The notes: a model not told the origin generated them from the sequence alone. DNA of 64,000 nt from Octopus vulgaris (GCA_951406725.2 OX597839.1:1984001-2048000); one strand, 5' to 3'; counted from the stretch's first letter, positions 1-14,423 are shown. A program made the numbers and translations.

Positions 1-555
1 ACGAAACACCCATGTTTCCCAAAGGTGAATTATCCAAACCTCAAAGAATCCCTCTCAACACATGGCTATGATGCTCTCTCAATACTTCTGCTCGTGATCA
101 AAGGTGCATATATCGTCAGCCACTAAGGGACATGCTCAACTGGTTAAAGTCAAGCAACTGACAAGCAAATCTGTGGTATTTGCCTGTAGCCGATCTTTCA
201 TACCAAGACAAAACAATGAATATAATAATACTTCCAATTAGTTGAGATCAGAAGCCAAGGGAGCTACTGTCTGGTGCCTTGGACAAGTGTCCTCTGCTAT
301 AGCCTCGCGTCGACCAAAGCCTTGTGAGTGGATTTAGTAAACGGAAACTGAAAGAAGCCCGTCGTATGTATGCGTATATATATATATTGATATATAAGTG
401 ATATATTTACATTCTTTATTTTCTCTCCTTGTTTCTTTCTGTGTTTCTTTCTGTGGAAGAGTGTAGGCTCGAAACGTTAAAGACTTTTTTACTTTCCGAG
501 CGTTAAACTAATACATCTGTTTGTTGTCTACTCCACCTGTCTTCGTCTTTTTTTT

Positions 556-673
<118 letters not shown>

Positions 674-709
674 TATTATATATATATATATATACATACA
701 CACACACAC

Positions 710-1067
710 ATTACGGAGATGTATTTGCATAACAAGTGACCTGATCTGAGATCGTGTGCTGGAACGAAAACGTGGAAAGTGTTTATAAGCCATTTAAACA
801 CACACACACACACATGCATACACACACACACACACACAACTCTCTCTCTCTCTCTCTCACACACACACTCACACACACACACATACACGCACATATATAT
901 ATACACTGAATGTTGTCAGTGAACAGGTCGCGGTCTCAAAGCGACGAAAATATTTAGCAAATTAAATTTAAATGTTGAAGTGAATCTAACGGTTTTGTTG
1001 CAGTTGTTTTCGTTGCAGCACACGATCTCAGATCAGGTCGCTTGCCATGCAAGTACATCTCCGTAAT
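710..1067. repeat. Short inverted repeat (710-771 versus 1005-1067)
   Basis: ATTACGGAGATGTA..GACCTGATCTGAGATCGTGTGCTG..CGAAAAC and its reverse complement. Confidence 0.75.
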
Positions 1068-1229
1068 ACACACACAGACACACAGATGCTTTAGTGCATG
1101 CGTACACACGCGCACACAGTACACCCACGCACATACCTGATATCTAATACACAGCATCTAGTAAATTATTTTTATCATGTCTTCATCACATCACCATTAA
1201 ACCCCCCACCAACCCCCTCCACCGGTATT

Positions 1230-2976
1230 CCATATTCTCTCCTTCTTTCTTTCCCTTCCTCTCCCTTGTTGCTCTGTCTCTCTCTCTCACACACTCCCCC
1301 TCTCTAAGAACCACCTAACACTCTTCTCTATTTTCTCCTCTCTTCTCCTTACTCTCCCCATTGCTCTCTCTCTCTCAAACTCACACACACAAACTTCCTT
1401 TCTCATACACTCACGCACACTTCCTCTCTAAGATGCTCTTCTCTGTATTCTCTTCTCCTTATTCTCCTTACTCTCCTCCCTTACACGTTCTTACATACAC
1501 ACTCTCCCTCTATAACAATCTCCCTTCCTCTTTTGCCCTTATTTTCCTCTCTCTCTCCCCTTACTCTTTCCTTTACTCCCTCTTTCTCATTCCCTCAATC
1601 TGCTCTCCTTAATCTGCCCCTTTCTCTTCTCCGTTGCTCTTTGTCACTCACATACTCTCCCTCCCTAACAAGGTCCCTCCACTTTTCTCCTTACTCTCTT
1701 CTCCTTCCCTGCTCTCTACCTCTTTTTCTCTCTCTCACACATACACACTCTCATTTCTAACAAGCTCCCTCAACTCTTCTTATTACCTGCTCCTTACTCT
1801 TCTCTACTGCCCTCTCTTTCTCTCTTATTCTCTCTAACGAGCTCCCTCCGCCCTTCTCCTTATTCTCTCCTTTTCTTACTCCCCCCATTGCTCTGTCACT
1901 CCCTCTCCCTAACAAGTTCCCGCCACTCTCATTCTCTCCCCGTTCATTTCGTCACTTATACACTCCCCCTCTCTAACAAGTTCCCTCCATTTTTCTCCTT
2001 ACTATCTACTCCCTCTTCTTCCTTGGTCCTCTCTATCCCTACTTCACTCTCTCCCTCTCTCTCTCACACACAAATACACACTCCCTCTTCTAATAAACTC
2101 CCCTGCTCTTCTCTTTATTCTCCTCTCCTTACTCTCCCACGTCGTTTCTCTCTCTCTCTCTCTCACACACACATACTCTCCTCTCTCTAACAAGCTCTCA
2201 CCGTTATTCTTCCCCTCCTCTTACTCTCCTCATTGCTCTCTTCTCTTCCCACTCGTTCATTCCATCCTATGCTCTCCTTACTCCCTCTCTCCTTATCCTC
2301 TCTCCTATAATTCTCTCTCCGTCCTCTAAACTTTACTCTCTACCGTCACTATTATTAACTCTGGATACAGTCACACATATTACCGTAAAATTACCAAAAA
2401 ACTTGTCACACCTCACAACGTCTTCGTTTGAATTAGGGATCCAAATACGATTCAGTGTTCCATTGCTCTTGTTACTGTTGTGCTGCTGTAACAACTGTTG
2501 ACGCTTTTCGCTGAGGTCGTCGACGTTGTTAGTTTTTTGTTGTGACTGCTGCGCTGTGTTTATTCTTGCGGTTAGTATTGTTGTTGTTGCTGCTGCTGTG
2601 GTCGTTGCCATTGCTGTCAGTGTTGTTGTTGTTTGCTGCTGCTGCTGTTGTTGCTGTTGTTTTTATTGTTGTTGCAACAGCTGCTGTTACTGTGTTTGTT
2701 GTTGTTGTTGTTGTGACTATTATAGTATTTTTTTCTTTTTTTTTGGTGCGATTAGAATTGTTTTGCTTGTTTTTTTTTGTTATTGCTGTTGTTGCTGTCG
2801 TTATTGTTGTTGCTTATTGCAGCCAGTGTTGTTGTTGTTGTTGTTGTTATTGTTATTGCAGCCAGTGTTGTTGTTGTTGTTGTTTTTGTTATTGCAGTCA
2901 GTGTTGTTGTTGTTGTTGTTGTTTTTGCTATTGCAGCCAGTGTTGTTGTTGTTGTTGTTGTTGTTATTGCAGCCAG

Positions 2977-3011
<35 letters not shown>

Positions 3012-3114
3012 TTGTTATTGCAGCTAGTGTTGTTGTTGTTGTTGCTGCTGTAACTGTTTTTGATGTTGGTGCTGTTGTCGATTCACTGTCATCGCAAATA
3101 TTGTTAATGCTTTG

Positions 3115-3145
<31 letters not shown>

Positions 3146-3860
3146 CTGCTGCTTTTAACGTTGTTGTTGTTCTTGTTGAAGTTGTAGTTGTTGTAATTAT
3201 GGTATTGTTCGGTCTTGTAACTTTTGTTGTTGTTGTGGATGTTGTTGTTCTTGCTGTGTTTTTAACTCCAGGTCAACTCTGATCCAGCAGACCTAACATT
3301 AAAGAGACGTTCCATCCGTGACCGTCTCCTCTTATTATAAGCATAAATCCTTGCGTTGTTCAATGCGTTTATTCCGTATTTAAGACGGTAAAGTGTGATT
3401 TTAAAAGAGAATTCGACTGCTATTTCTTGCAAATCGACTTACTGCACAGAAATTCTTTGACATGTTTGTAAATGTTGTTCTTGTTGTTATTGTGACATTT
3501 GTTGTTGTTGCACCACCAACACCACCGCCGCCGCCACCACCACCACCACCACCACCACCACCACTGCCATCACCACAACCACCACCACCACCACCACCAC
3601 CACCACTGAATCACCATAACCACCACCACCACCACCACCACCACCACCACCACTGCCATCACCACAACCACCACCACCACCACCACTTCCAACACCACTA
3701 CTACGACAGCTACCACCACTACGACCGCCACCACTATCATCGCTATCACCATCAACCACCACCTCTACCATCACCCCCTCTCCACCACCACCACCTCTAC
3801 TACGACCACCACCGCCATCACCACCACCACCACCACCAGCGTAACTACTGCCATTGATTA
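1230..3860. repeat. Low-complexity block: CT-rich, (TTG)n with TATTGCAGCCAG subunits, and (CAC)n
   Basis: Direct reading. Confidence 0.9.
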
Positions 3861-4057
3861 CCATCAACGTAACCACCCATCCACCCATCCACCCATCCAT
3901 TCAACCAGCTTCCAAACTTCACCACGTGATATATCCATCGTCGCATACAGAAATTCTTCATGATTGACAAAGCATCACAATTTTACAACTTCATCGTATC
4001 GTAGCATCTCAGCGGCTTTTGCCTCCTCGTCTTCTATCATCTATATTATTATTATTA

Positions 4058-4125
<68 letters not shown>

Positions 4126-4609
4126 TAATTAATTAATTATTTTATTAATTGATTACCTACCAGCTCATTTTTACCATCTGATTTCAAAATCGCATCATGT
4201 TTTATCTATATATTTAGATCTACCTAGCTACCAACTTACCTACCTACCTATCTACCTACATACCTACCTACCTACATACATACATACATACATATATACA
4301 TATATACATACATACATACACACCCACACACTTGTAATTATATACATATATATATATATATATACATCCCTTCCAGATATATTCATATCTATATCTATAT
4401 CTACACCTACACCTACCTACCTACATTCATACATACAAACATACACACCTACACACTTATAATTATATACATATATATATATCCAGTCCAGATGTATTCA
4501 TATCTATATCTATATCTATATCTATATCTACAAACCTACTAACATTCCTACCTACCTACCCTATATACATACATACATACATACAAACATACATACCTAC
4601 ATACATACA

Positions 4610-4641
<32 letters not shown>

Positions 4642-5005
4642 CACATACACACACACACGCACGTGTATGCATGTATACACATGTATGTGTACGTTGTGAG
4701 AAATGACAAGAAATAGTTGATGATGGAAGGACACAATACTAGAAGCAAAGTCAAGTTTATTATATACAGAAACTAATAGTGACTTCTCTAATTTCAAATT
4801 CTACCTCTCAACGCTTATACATAAATACATATATTAATATATACATATATATATAGAGAGAGAGAAAAATTGCTTTTCATCCCTCGAGAAGTGGAGAGGA
4901 GTAAGGAAACCACTAGAGAAGATACAAAAAATAGATATAATAGCAATTGATGATACTCAACCCCGCTTCTCATAACCACATTTGAAAAAAAGAGGTATCA
5001 AGTCA

Positions 5006-5055
<50 letters not shown>

Positions 5056-5262
5056 CATTATTATTATTATTATTGCTGCTGCTGCTGCTGTTGTTGTTGT
5101 TGTTTAACACAGCGCCTTTCCATATGGGGATGCAGCTAAGTGTCAGCTGTCCACAACCAGCGGATTAAGGTAGCACGCTTCATTCAGATCTTGAGATCTT
5201 TGCGACGGACTTGTCGCTACTAGAGCGAAGGGAATTTCCGTCTAAGCCAGGAATTATTATTG

Positions 5263-5315
<53 letters not shown>

Positions 5316-5490
5316 GATTGTTAAATATTAATATTGTCTCTATCATTATAATCCATAACCACCACCACAACAACCGCAACACTAGCATCTATATCGTCGC
5401 TTATTTTAAGGTGATCGGGTCTGGTCCTGCTGTGTTTTGTCGTATCCTGTCCCGTCCTGTCCAATTCAATCCGTTCCGTTCCGCTGGAAA

Positions 5491-5777
5491 ATGAACAATA
5501 GTTGCGTTCAACTTGCACCGGACGGCAAGAAAACAACGACGACGGCGCAACCATTAGCGATGAAGGCCAATCTGAAGGACACGTTCCCATCGGCGACGCA
5601 GTCAACCTTTGGTCCCCAGTGGGACACAGATTTGAAAAACGGGATGACGGTGGCTGACGAGAAGATGGAAATGAAAAAGGAGACCAAATCATTCGGAAAA
5701 TTATGGCTGGAATTCACAGATAATTGCACTTTACATGGGATTAGATATATCTGGAACGGTGACTTTATCTTTCGACG
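5491..5777 (+). CDS. First coding exon (A) of a DEG/ENaC (ASIC/FaNaC-like) channel; cytoplasmic N-terminus up to just before TM1
   Basis: ATG at 5491; ...KSFGKLWLEFTDNCTLHGIRYIWNGDFIFR matches the pre-TM1 F-x-x-x-T/S-T-x-H-G motif of DEG/ENaC channels; exon ends CG|GTAAGA (phase-2 donor at 5778). Confidence 0.88.
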
Positions 5778-5813
5778 GTAAGAAATCTCTCCAGCATTTC
5801 ATTTTTTGCTTAA

Positions 5814-6706
5814 CTCTTTCGATACCAACCTGCCTGAAACCGCCTCTGGCTCTGTAGTACAAATGTCTTGTTTTCATAAGTTTTGAATTAAAATCTTCCA
5901 CCAAAGCTTAGTCACAATTTATGTTCCTAACACTAGCTGAATGGTAACTAAGTTATTTTATGAAATTCTTTGTTATATTTAAAATTAATTGAAAGAAACA
6001 CAGAGCATCTCAACAGAAATATGGTAACAAATATCTTATTTCCATAAGTTTTGAATTAAAATCTTCCACCAAAGCTTAGTCACAATTTATGTTCCTAACA
6101 CTAGCTGAATGGTAACTAAGTTATTTTACTAAATTCTTTGTTATATTTAAAATTAATTTAAAGAAACACAGAGCATCTCAACAGAAATATGGTAACAAAT
6201 ATCTTATTTCCATAAGTTTTGAATTAAAATCTTTCACCAAACCTTAGTCACAATTTATGTTCCTAACACTAGCTGAATGATAACTAAGTTATTTTACTAA
6301 ATTCTTTGTTATATTTAAAATTAATTGAAAGAAACACAGAGCATCTCAACAGAAATATGGTAACAAATATCTTATTTCCATAAGTTTCGAATTAAAATCT
6401 TCTACCAAATCTTAGTCACAATTTATGTTCCTAACACTAGCTGAATGATAACTAAGTTATTTTACTAAATTCTTTGTTATATTTAAAATTAATTGAAAGA
6501 AACACAGAGCTTCTCAACAGAAATATGGTAACAAATATCTTATTTCCATAAGTTTTGAATTAAAATCTTCCACCAAACCTTAGTCACAATGTATGTTCCT
6601 AACACTAGCTGAATGGTAACTAAGTTATTTTACTAAATTCTTTGTTATATTTAAAGTAATTGAAAGAACTACAGAGCATCTCAAAATAAATACGGTAACG
6701 AAAGGG
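5814..6706. mobile_element. Non-autonomous piggyBac-like MITE with five internal 168-bp tandem repeats
   Basis: TTAA at 5810-5813 and 6707-6710; imperfect 13-bp TIRs CTCTTTCGATACC / GGTAACGAAAGGG (11/13); units start CATAAG at 5875, 6043, 6211, 6379 and 6547. Confidence 0.75.
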
Positions 6707-8104
6707 TTAATGGGTTTTCCCATTTTCTTGTTATTTTTTGTGGTTCATGTTGCCTTTTGTCATTATTGTTAACATCATTGTTGTTAGAGAGAACGAGATG
6801 GTAGAATCGTTAGCACACCGCGTAAATTGCTTAACGGCATTTCGTTCGTCTTTACGTTCTGAGTTCAAATTCCGCCGAGGTCTGCTTCGCCTTTCAACCT
6901 TCCGGGGTCGATAAAATAAGTACCATTGAAGCACTGGAGTTGATGCCATCGACTGGCCCCACTCCCCCAAAATTTCAGGCCTTGTGCCTATAGTAGAAGC
7001 AATATCATTGATGTTTGGTAGGTGTTTATGTGGGGGTAGGGCTGGCGAGCTGGCAGAAACATTAGCACGCTGGGCGAAATGCTTAGCAGTATTTCGTCTG
7101 TCTTTACATTCTGAGTTCAAATTCCACCGAGGTCCCCAGTTCATTCAGCTGTAAAGGAGCAACCCTGCAACGGACTTTCGGTCCGTTCAGAGTGGGGACG
7201 GTTTGTAACATTTGCTACTTACATTCCATGGGTCCATGTGACCGACCCTACGGGTCCTGGGATTCCAGACAGTAATGTCCAGGGGTTGATGTGGGTGATG
7301 ATGATGATGATGATAATTATGATGGTGGTGGTTGTGACGGTGATGACGACGACGATGATGATGATGACAAATAATATATAACACTCACAAACACACTCAG
7401 ATACATACATACATGCACGCACATATACACTCGTCTTCTGTCGTGAACGATAGACGCAGGTGCCGCTATTTCTTAATAAAGAACCTGTACAGTTGATTTG
7501 CTAAGGGTGCCTGCATCAAATCATGGCTGCAGCTGTTTGTGAAGGAATATACATATATAAAAAGATATAAGTTTAGTAACGTGACCAGATATTTACGACT
7601 CGTATTTCAGGCATGGTTATATAGATAAAAAAAAAGCTCGCGTAATAGCCACGTGGTTTCGGAGTGGCATTCCACTGCGTGACACGTTGGCCGAATGTCT
7701 TATATTAGAGCTCCGGGGCGACCAATGTATCGCGAGTTAATTTGGTTGACGGAAACTGTATGGAAGCCCGGCGTATATATGGGTGTGTGTGACTTTGTGT
7801 CTGTTTGCTGTATAAACGGTGGATAAACGGTGTGGGTTCGTTTACATCCTGGTAATTTAGTGGTTCTGTAAAAGAGACAGTTTGTATAAGTATCAGATTT
7901 AACTGTGTGGTCAAGAAGCTCGCTTAGTAGCCATGTGATTTGGGATTCAATCCCAGTGCGTAGCACCTTCGGCAAGTGTTTTCTACTATTACAGCGGGCC
8001 AAGGCCAACGATAGTTTTGTGAGTGGAGATGGTTGACAGGAACCGAAAAGACGCCTGTCGTACATATATACATGTATAGATACATGCATACATACATACA
8101 TACA

Positions 8105-8136
<32 letters not shown>

Positions 8137-8160
8137 CATACATATATATATATATATATA

Positions 8161-9120
8161 ATTAAAAATGAGGGTGTCTAAAAGACACCAACATGCCGAA
8201 ATAGCAGTCGAAACACTGACTATAGTACCACGTTAAATGTTCACATCGCACCATGAGGTAAAGCGGAGGGACAAAACATACAAGCAAAAATTAATGAATA
8301 ATTCAAGATCCAAGGATTTCTGGTTCTGCTTTAGATAAGCTTTACCGTCATCAATTGAATATATCAAGGGTACATAAATGCAGATATATATATGCACAGC
8401 AAACGATATACTTACATATACGAGCGTCGCACATACATACATATGCACGTATGGACACAGCCAGTCTGAATCGCCCGCCAAATCACCGCATAAGTACGAT
8501 ATGGTTAAAATAAGCACCGCAGTGAATATAATAACGAATTATATAAATTTATATATGAGGATAATATCGATATTTAAGTGTCGAAATTATCTGCTGGCCA
8601 CTTGATAATTTTGACACTTAAATATCGATATTATCCTCATATATAAATTTATATAATTCGTTATTATATTCACTGCGGTGCTTATTTTAACCATATCGTA
8701 CTTACGCGGTGATTTGGCGGGCGATTCAGACTGGCTGTGTCCATACGTGCATATGTATGTATGTACGACGCTCGTATATGTAAGTATATCGTTTGCTGTG
8801 CATATATATATATCTGCATTTATGTACCCTTGATATATTCAATTGATGACGGTAAAGCTTATCTAAAGCAGAACCAGAAATCCTTGGATCTTGAATTATT
8901 CAATAATTTTTGCTTGTATGTTTTGTCCCTCCGCTTTACCTCATGGTGCGATGTGAACATTTAACGTGGTACTATAGTCAGTGTTTCGACTGCTATTTCG
9001 GCATGTTGGTGTCTTTTAGACACCCTCATTTTTTAATTGTTAAAAATTTTTTTACCTTTGTAAGGTATTTCTTTCATGCTGGCCACTTGATAATTTCGAC
9101 ACTTAAATATCGATATTATC

Positions 9121-9125
<5 letters not shown>
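8161..9125. mobile_element. Foldback Penelope-type pseudo-LTR remnant (about 430-bp inverted arms plus a short direct repeat) between (TA)n tracts
   Basis: 8161-8591 is the near-perfect reverse complement of 8604-9037; 8592-8640 recurs at 9077-9125; each arm has a hammerhead-like motif. Confidence 0.7.
8837..8896 (+). ncRNA. Variant type I hammerhead ribozyme (mirror copy 8301-8360, minus strand)
   Basis: ATTCAA-TTGATGA-C-GGT...ACC-A-GAAA-TCCTTGGA-TC-TTGAAT: stem I ATTCAA/TTGAAT, C3U core, C.A mismatch at the base of stem II, stem III ATCC/GGAT, AUC cleavage triplet. Confidence 0.65.
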
Positions 9126-9207
<82 letters not shown>

Positions 9208-9749
9208 GTATGTATAAGGATGAAAGGGAACACACGAGTTGATATATATGGAAAAAAAAAAGTCAAGATAGAAAATGCTAAAATAATTTTATAAAAAACA
9301 TTTCAGTACCGGTTTCAATCATTGAGACTTTTCCAACTGTAACAATTAAATAATTAAATTTAGAAAAAATTTAAAAAACGTTTTTTTAAAAGAATATTTG
9401 TATAGTGTTCAAATACAAGTGGCATTTTCGTTGTTTCTTCCTGTCTCTGTCTCTCTTGTTTTGTATAATGGCCCAGTGGTTAGGGCAGCGGACTCGCATA
9501 CGGAGGATCGCGGTTTCGATTCTCAGATCGGGCGTTGTGTGTGTTTATTGAGTGAAAACACCTAAAAGCTCCACGAGGCTCCGGCAGGGGGTGGTGATCC
9601 CTGCTGTACTCTTTCACCACTCTTTCTTCTGTTGGCCTACTCGCTTAGCAAGCGGGGTGGCGTCATTCAAAGGCTAAAACATTGCGAACGCATTGTGACC
9701 AGCGATGTGTAACAACATCTGATGGTCTGGTCGGTCACGTGATCACGTG

Positions 9750-9806
<57 letters not shown>

Positions 9807-10162
9807 ATTGAAAAATAGGATAAAATCTTTATAAGAATTTATCAAGTAGTTAGCGTGAAAACCCTCAAAAGGGAAAACTTTATTAATCATTCCCTTCAAA
9901 TATATTTATTCATATTAAGGGCATTACTATACATAAATGCCTCACGCTAGGAGGGACTCTTAAAGTCAAAACTACCATAATAAACACATTGTACCGAACG
10001 CGAGGGAATGCAGACGAACACCACATGTATCCAGCATAGTACACAGAATTGTTCACACTTATATATCTATGTAAGAGGCGGGCTTTTTGAATTGCATCTG
10101 TCTGGTATGTTGATTTTTTGTTCATTTTCATGTCTTGATTATGCTTGAACTTTACATTTACC

Positions 10163-10977
10163 TTACCATCCCTGTTGTATTCCTGTGAAACTTGGACTTG
10201 TTATGAAAGGCATTTTAAGTTGTTAGAACAATTCCACCAAAAATGCCTTCGTCGCGTTTAAAAAATTAAATGGGGTTCTTTTACTCCAAATACAGATGTC
10301 CTTGCATCTGCAGGTATCACCTTAATCAAAGCTATGATTTTGAGGGACCAAATGAGACGGTGTGGCCACATTGTTCGAAAGGTGGATGAATGCATGACAA
10401 AACAGCTGTTTTATGGTGAGCTTGCAGAGGGGAAATGCTATCGGCGTAAACCTAAAAAAAGGTTTAAAGTCGGCATAAGGACTGCTATGAAGTTACTTGG
10501 AATGGATCCAGAAGACATAGAAACCCTTGCTTCGGATCGAGCCGAGTGGTGAACAAAAGTGAAGTGAAAGAATTTGTGAAGTGAGGTGAAAGAGTTTGAT
10601 AACGCATGTAAGACCCAAAAGAGATCTAAGGAAGAATGTTACGATCAAGAAGGTGAATGACATTGACCGTTTTGTGCACAGTTTGTGACAGACCATGCCT
10701 TTCTTTTGCTGGGCTCAAATCTCATTCGCGAACCCATGGAAAACGAACCTCCACCAACTATTCTGCCTATAGGTCTGTGCACACCTTTCAATGCAATGTA
10801 TGCCAGAAGGTTTGCAAATCTAACGGAGGTCTCAAAAGACATTTTAAGATCCACGAAGATCAAAACTTAACTGTAGCTCTTGGTGGTCCAAATCGGATGT
10901 GCAATCTATGTGGGTGTCTTTTCAAATTGTCCAGTTTAAAAAGCTACATTAGCGGTTGTGATGAGCGAAATGTGTAA
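10163..10977 (+). pseudogene. Decayed 3' part of an RTE-clade LINE ORF (post-RT region followed by C2H2 zinc fingers)
   Basis: LPSLLYSCETWTCYERHFKLLEQFHQKCLRR*, QMRRCGHIVRK..KQLFYGEL..PKKRFK, ETLASDRAEW are typical RTE C-terminal motifs; then CTVCDRPCLSFAGLKSHSRTH and CNVCQKVCKSNGGLKRHFKIH; internal stops. Confidence 0.85.
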
Positions 10978-11709
10978 TTTCTTTTAAGTTGTCTTACTTA
11001 GCCCGTCTGTAACACCTTCACGTGATTAGTTGTAGGGAAAGACGAAGAGCGACAGAAAAAGGAGAGAGAAAAAGAGGGTAAGGCGACGAGTGAGAGACAA
11101 AGACAGAGCGTGCTGTGTATTAAGTCTATAAAATTATGCATAAAGGATATAAAGTATATATATATATATATATATATACGTTTAAATATTTGTTGTGCAA
11201 GATTTTTTATGTGAAGTCGTGTGTTGAAACAGATATTGTTATATTTCGGAATGGTCATATTGCCAGTTTAGCCAATAAAAACACACGCACTATATATTTG
11301 GTGTTATTTTGCTTCAGTGATATTTATTTTTTACATTAATCTTAATCTTATTTCGGCCAAAGTTCTTTCGTCACACTCCTGTGACCGCATCAGTGGTCCT
11401 TTGTTTTCTTCTCACTTACTTGTGTCTCTCCTTACTAACCGTCAGCCATTTTGTATTTCTATTGTATGTCTTCATCTGCGCATGCTTATATCTCTATGTG
11501 CGTCTATGTTTATTTAGTGTGTGTGGGGGGGGATGCCTGTAATATTTGTATCTTCTGGTTATATACATTCTTGTAATTTGTATTTTGTTTTTGTTGTTGT
11601 TGCTTTTGTTCTAATTTTGTTCATGTGTTTACATCCACCCATTATTATCATTACATATGCTTGTATGTATGTATAACAACAATATTAGTAATAATAATAA
11701 TAAATCTAA

Positions 11710-12645
11710 TTGAAAAATAAAACCCAAATCCTTCATTCATACTATGCAAAACCTATGGCCTCAAAATACCTGATCCACCGGAACTCAGCCATTGCGGGCA
11801 ATGCCAAATTCAATATTTTGATGGCAGACCTCGTCAGAATAATGAGAAATGTGTCACGCATGTGCGAGCCTACAGAATTAAAGAGACACATACAGTATTT
11901 CATTCACCGCATGCAGTTCTCAGGTTACAGCCATAAAGAAAGGGTCAGAGTATACAAAGGAGCCATGAAGAAATTTGATAATATATTATGTAATGATAGG
12001 AATGGGATTTGCCCACTCTATAGGAACAAGTCATGGAACACTATAGAAAGGACAAAAAAGAAAATAGGGAAGGCCAACTCTTGGTATGATAGCCATAAAT
12101 ACCAGAGTGTCATGTTCGTTGACACCACCCCTGGAGGTGAACTGGCGTACCGCTTTAGAAGGACCCTAGATAAACTTAAACTAAGAATTAAGGTTGTTGA
12201 AAAGCCAGGCAACCCTATCAGATCTATAATTGGTAGAAGCTATCCTTTTAGTAGAACTCTCTGTACGGATAACTATTGCACTGTATGTAGATTTAGCCCA
12301 CAAACAAACTGTAAAGCCAGAAATGTGGTCTATAGTATAAGATGTATAGAGGGACGATGCAGTAACAAGACAGTAACATACGTAGGGGAAACAGCAAGAA
12401 GCATTGGTGAGCGGGTGAATGAACATTGGAGACAACTCAAGGAAGGTAAAAGCTCATCGATTCTGTACCAACACGCTGAACAAGAACACGGGGGATCAAT
12501 CAATAACATAGAGATTAAGATATTGTCCACACATAGAACAGATGCAACAATTAGACAAATTACAGAAGCTACACATATAATAGAAAATAAACCTAGCCTG
12601 AATAGAAAACTAGAATGGAGCAATAGCGCACACCACAACATATGA
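11710..12645 (+). CDS. Penelope-like element ORF fragment: RT C-terminal/thumb region, Cys-rich linker and GIY-YIG endonuclease (5'-truncated)
   Basis: YYAKPMASKYLIHRNSA, MQFSGYS, CTDNYCTVC..NC, NVVYSIRC..C....YVGETARSIGERVNEH, HAEQEH, RQITEATHI..KPSLN; 311 codons open, starting at the inversion junction. Confidence 0.9.
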   Translation: MKNKTQILHSYYAKPMASKYLIHRNSAIAGNAKFNILMADLVRIMRNVSRMCEPTELKRHIQYFIHRMQFSGYSHKERVRVYKGAMKKFDNILCNDRNGICPLYRNKSWNTIERTKKKIGKANSWYDSHKYQSVMFVDTTPGGELAYRFRRTLDKLKLRIKVVEKPGNPIRSIIGRSYPFSRTLCTDNYCTVCRFSPQTNCKARNVVYSIRCIEGRCSNKTVTYVGETARSIGERVNEHWRQLKEGKSSSILYQHAEQEHGGSINNIEIKILSTHRTDATIRQITEATHIIENKPSLNRKLEWSNSAHHNI

Positions 12646-12761
12646 CGATAGTGGATCCTGCAAACATAATAAATACACAGATAATTAAAGAAATAGAAAT
12701 GAATAACTATATATATGTATATGTGTATGTATATGTGTATATGTGTGTGTATATGTGTATA

Positions 12762-12798
<37 letters not shown>

Positions 12799-12940
12799 AA
12801 TATAAGAGAGTGGTCACTATGTGGCTCACTCCAGCACCAGTTAATCCAAAAGGTTTCAACCACGAAAATACATGTTTCCCATGAAAGTCAGTACGATTGT
12901 TAGCTCACACGGACAGGGCAAATAAAAAATAACAAAAATA

Positions 12941-14108
12941 CAGATTATTTTGGGACAATTGTTTCGCTATTAATGAATTAAATGTAATTTTACTTACAAA
13001 AAAATCCATTTGTAGCTCGTCAGCCAGAACTATCTGGATGAAATCCACTCAATCACACGCCAGATTTTACCATAACGATAAATACGCGTGTGGTTCAATT
13101 GATTACATCCGACGTTATAATTCAAATGCCCCAACTAACAGCGCGGCAAACTTTCACGGAAAACAAATACAGCATTTAGAAATAAATGCAGCATAATTAT
13201 AATTAATTAATAAGGGTGAGAGAATTAGATACTAATTTAATAGTATATCTATTCAACACCAAGTGGCCTAGTGCTCTGAGAAACCTGGATTATTATAATA
13301 TTTTATAACATATTATAATATTTTTACAAAATAAATATAAGAGAGTGGTCACTATGTGGCTCACTCCAGCACCAGTTAATCCAAAAGGTTTCAACCACGA
13401 AAATACATGTTTCCCATGAAAGTCAGTACGATTGTTAGCTCACACGGACAGGGCAAATAAAAAATAACAAAAATACAGATTATTTTGGGACAATTGTTTC
13501 GCTATTAATGAATTAAATGTAATTTTACTTACAAAAAAAATCCATTTGTAGCTCGTCAGCCAGAACTATCTGGATGAAATCCACTCAATCACACGCCAGA
13601 TTTTACCATAACGATAAATACGCGTGTGGTTCAATTGATTACATCCGACGTTATAATTCAAATGCCCCAACTAACAGCGCGGCAAACTTTCACGGAAAAC
13701 AAATACAGCATTTAGAAATAAATGCAGCATAATTATAATTAATTAATAAGGGTGAGAGAATTAGATACTAATTTAATAGTATATCTATTCAACACCAAGT
13801 GGCCTAGTGCTCTGAGAAACCTGGATTATTATAATATTTTATAACATATTATAATATTTTTACAAAATAAATATAAGAGAGTGGTCACTATGTGGCTCAC
13901 TCCAGCACCAGTTAATCCAAAAGGTTTCAACCACGAAAATACATGTTTCCCATGAAAGTCAGTACGATTGTTAGCTCACACGGACAGGGCAAATAAAAAA
14001 TAACAAAAATACAGATTATTTTGGGACAATTGTTTCGCTATTAATGAATTAAATGTAATTTTACTTACAAAAAAAATCCATTTGTAGCTCGTCAGCCAGA
14101 ACTATCTG
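12941..14108 (-). ncRNA. Three tandem type I hammerhead ribozymes (12941-13036, 13476-13572, 14012-14108)
   Basis: Reverse complements of the 14424-14520 motif, one per repeat unit. Confidence 0.85.
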
Positions 14109-14423
14109 GATGAAATCCACTCAATCACACGCCAGATTTTACCATAACGATAAATACGCGTGTGGTTCAATTGATTACATCCGACGTTATAATTCAAATG
14201 CCCCAACTAACAGCGCGGCAAACTTTCACGGAAAACAAATACAGCATTTAGAAATAAATGCAGCATAATTATAATTAATTAATAAGGGTGAGAGAATTAG
14301 ATACTAATTTAATAGTATATCTATTCAACACCATTTGAATTATAACGTCGGATGTAATCAATTGAACCACACGCGTATTTATCGTTATGGTAAAATCTGG
14401 CGTGTGATTGAGTGGATTTCATC

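Noticed and set aside
2333-2611. 92-aa minus-strand ORF with a non-repetitive C-terminal half
   Set aside because: No recognisable domain or splice signals; the N-terminal half is repeat-derived.
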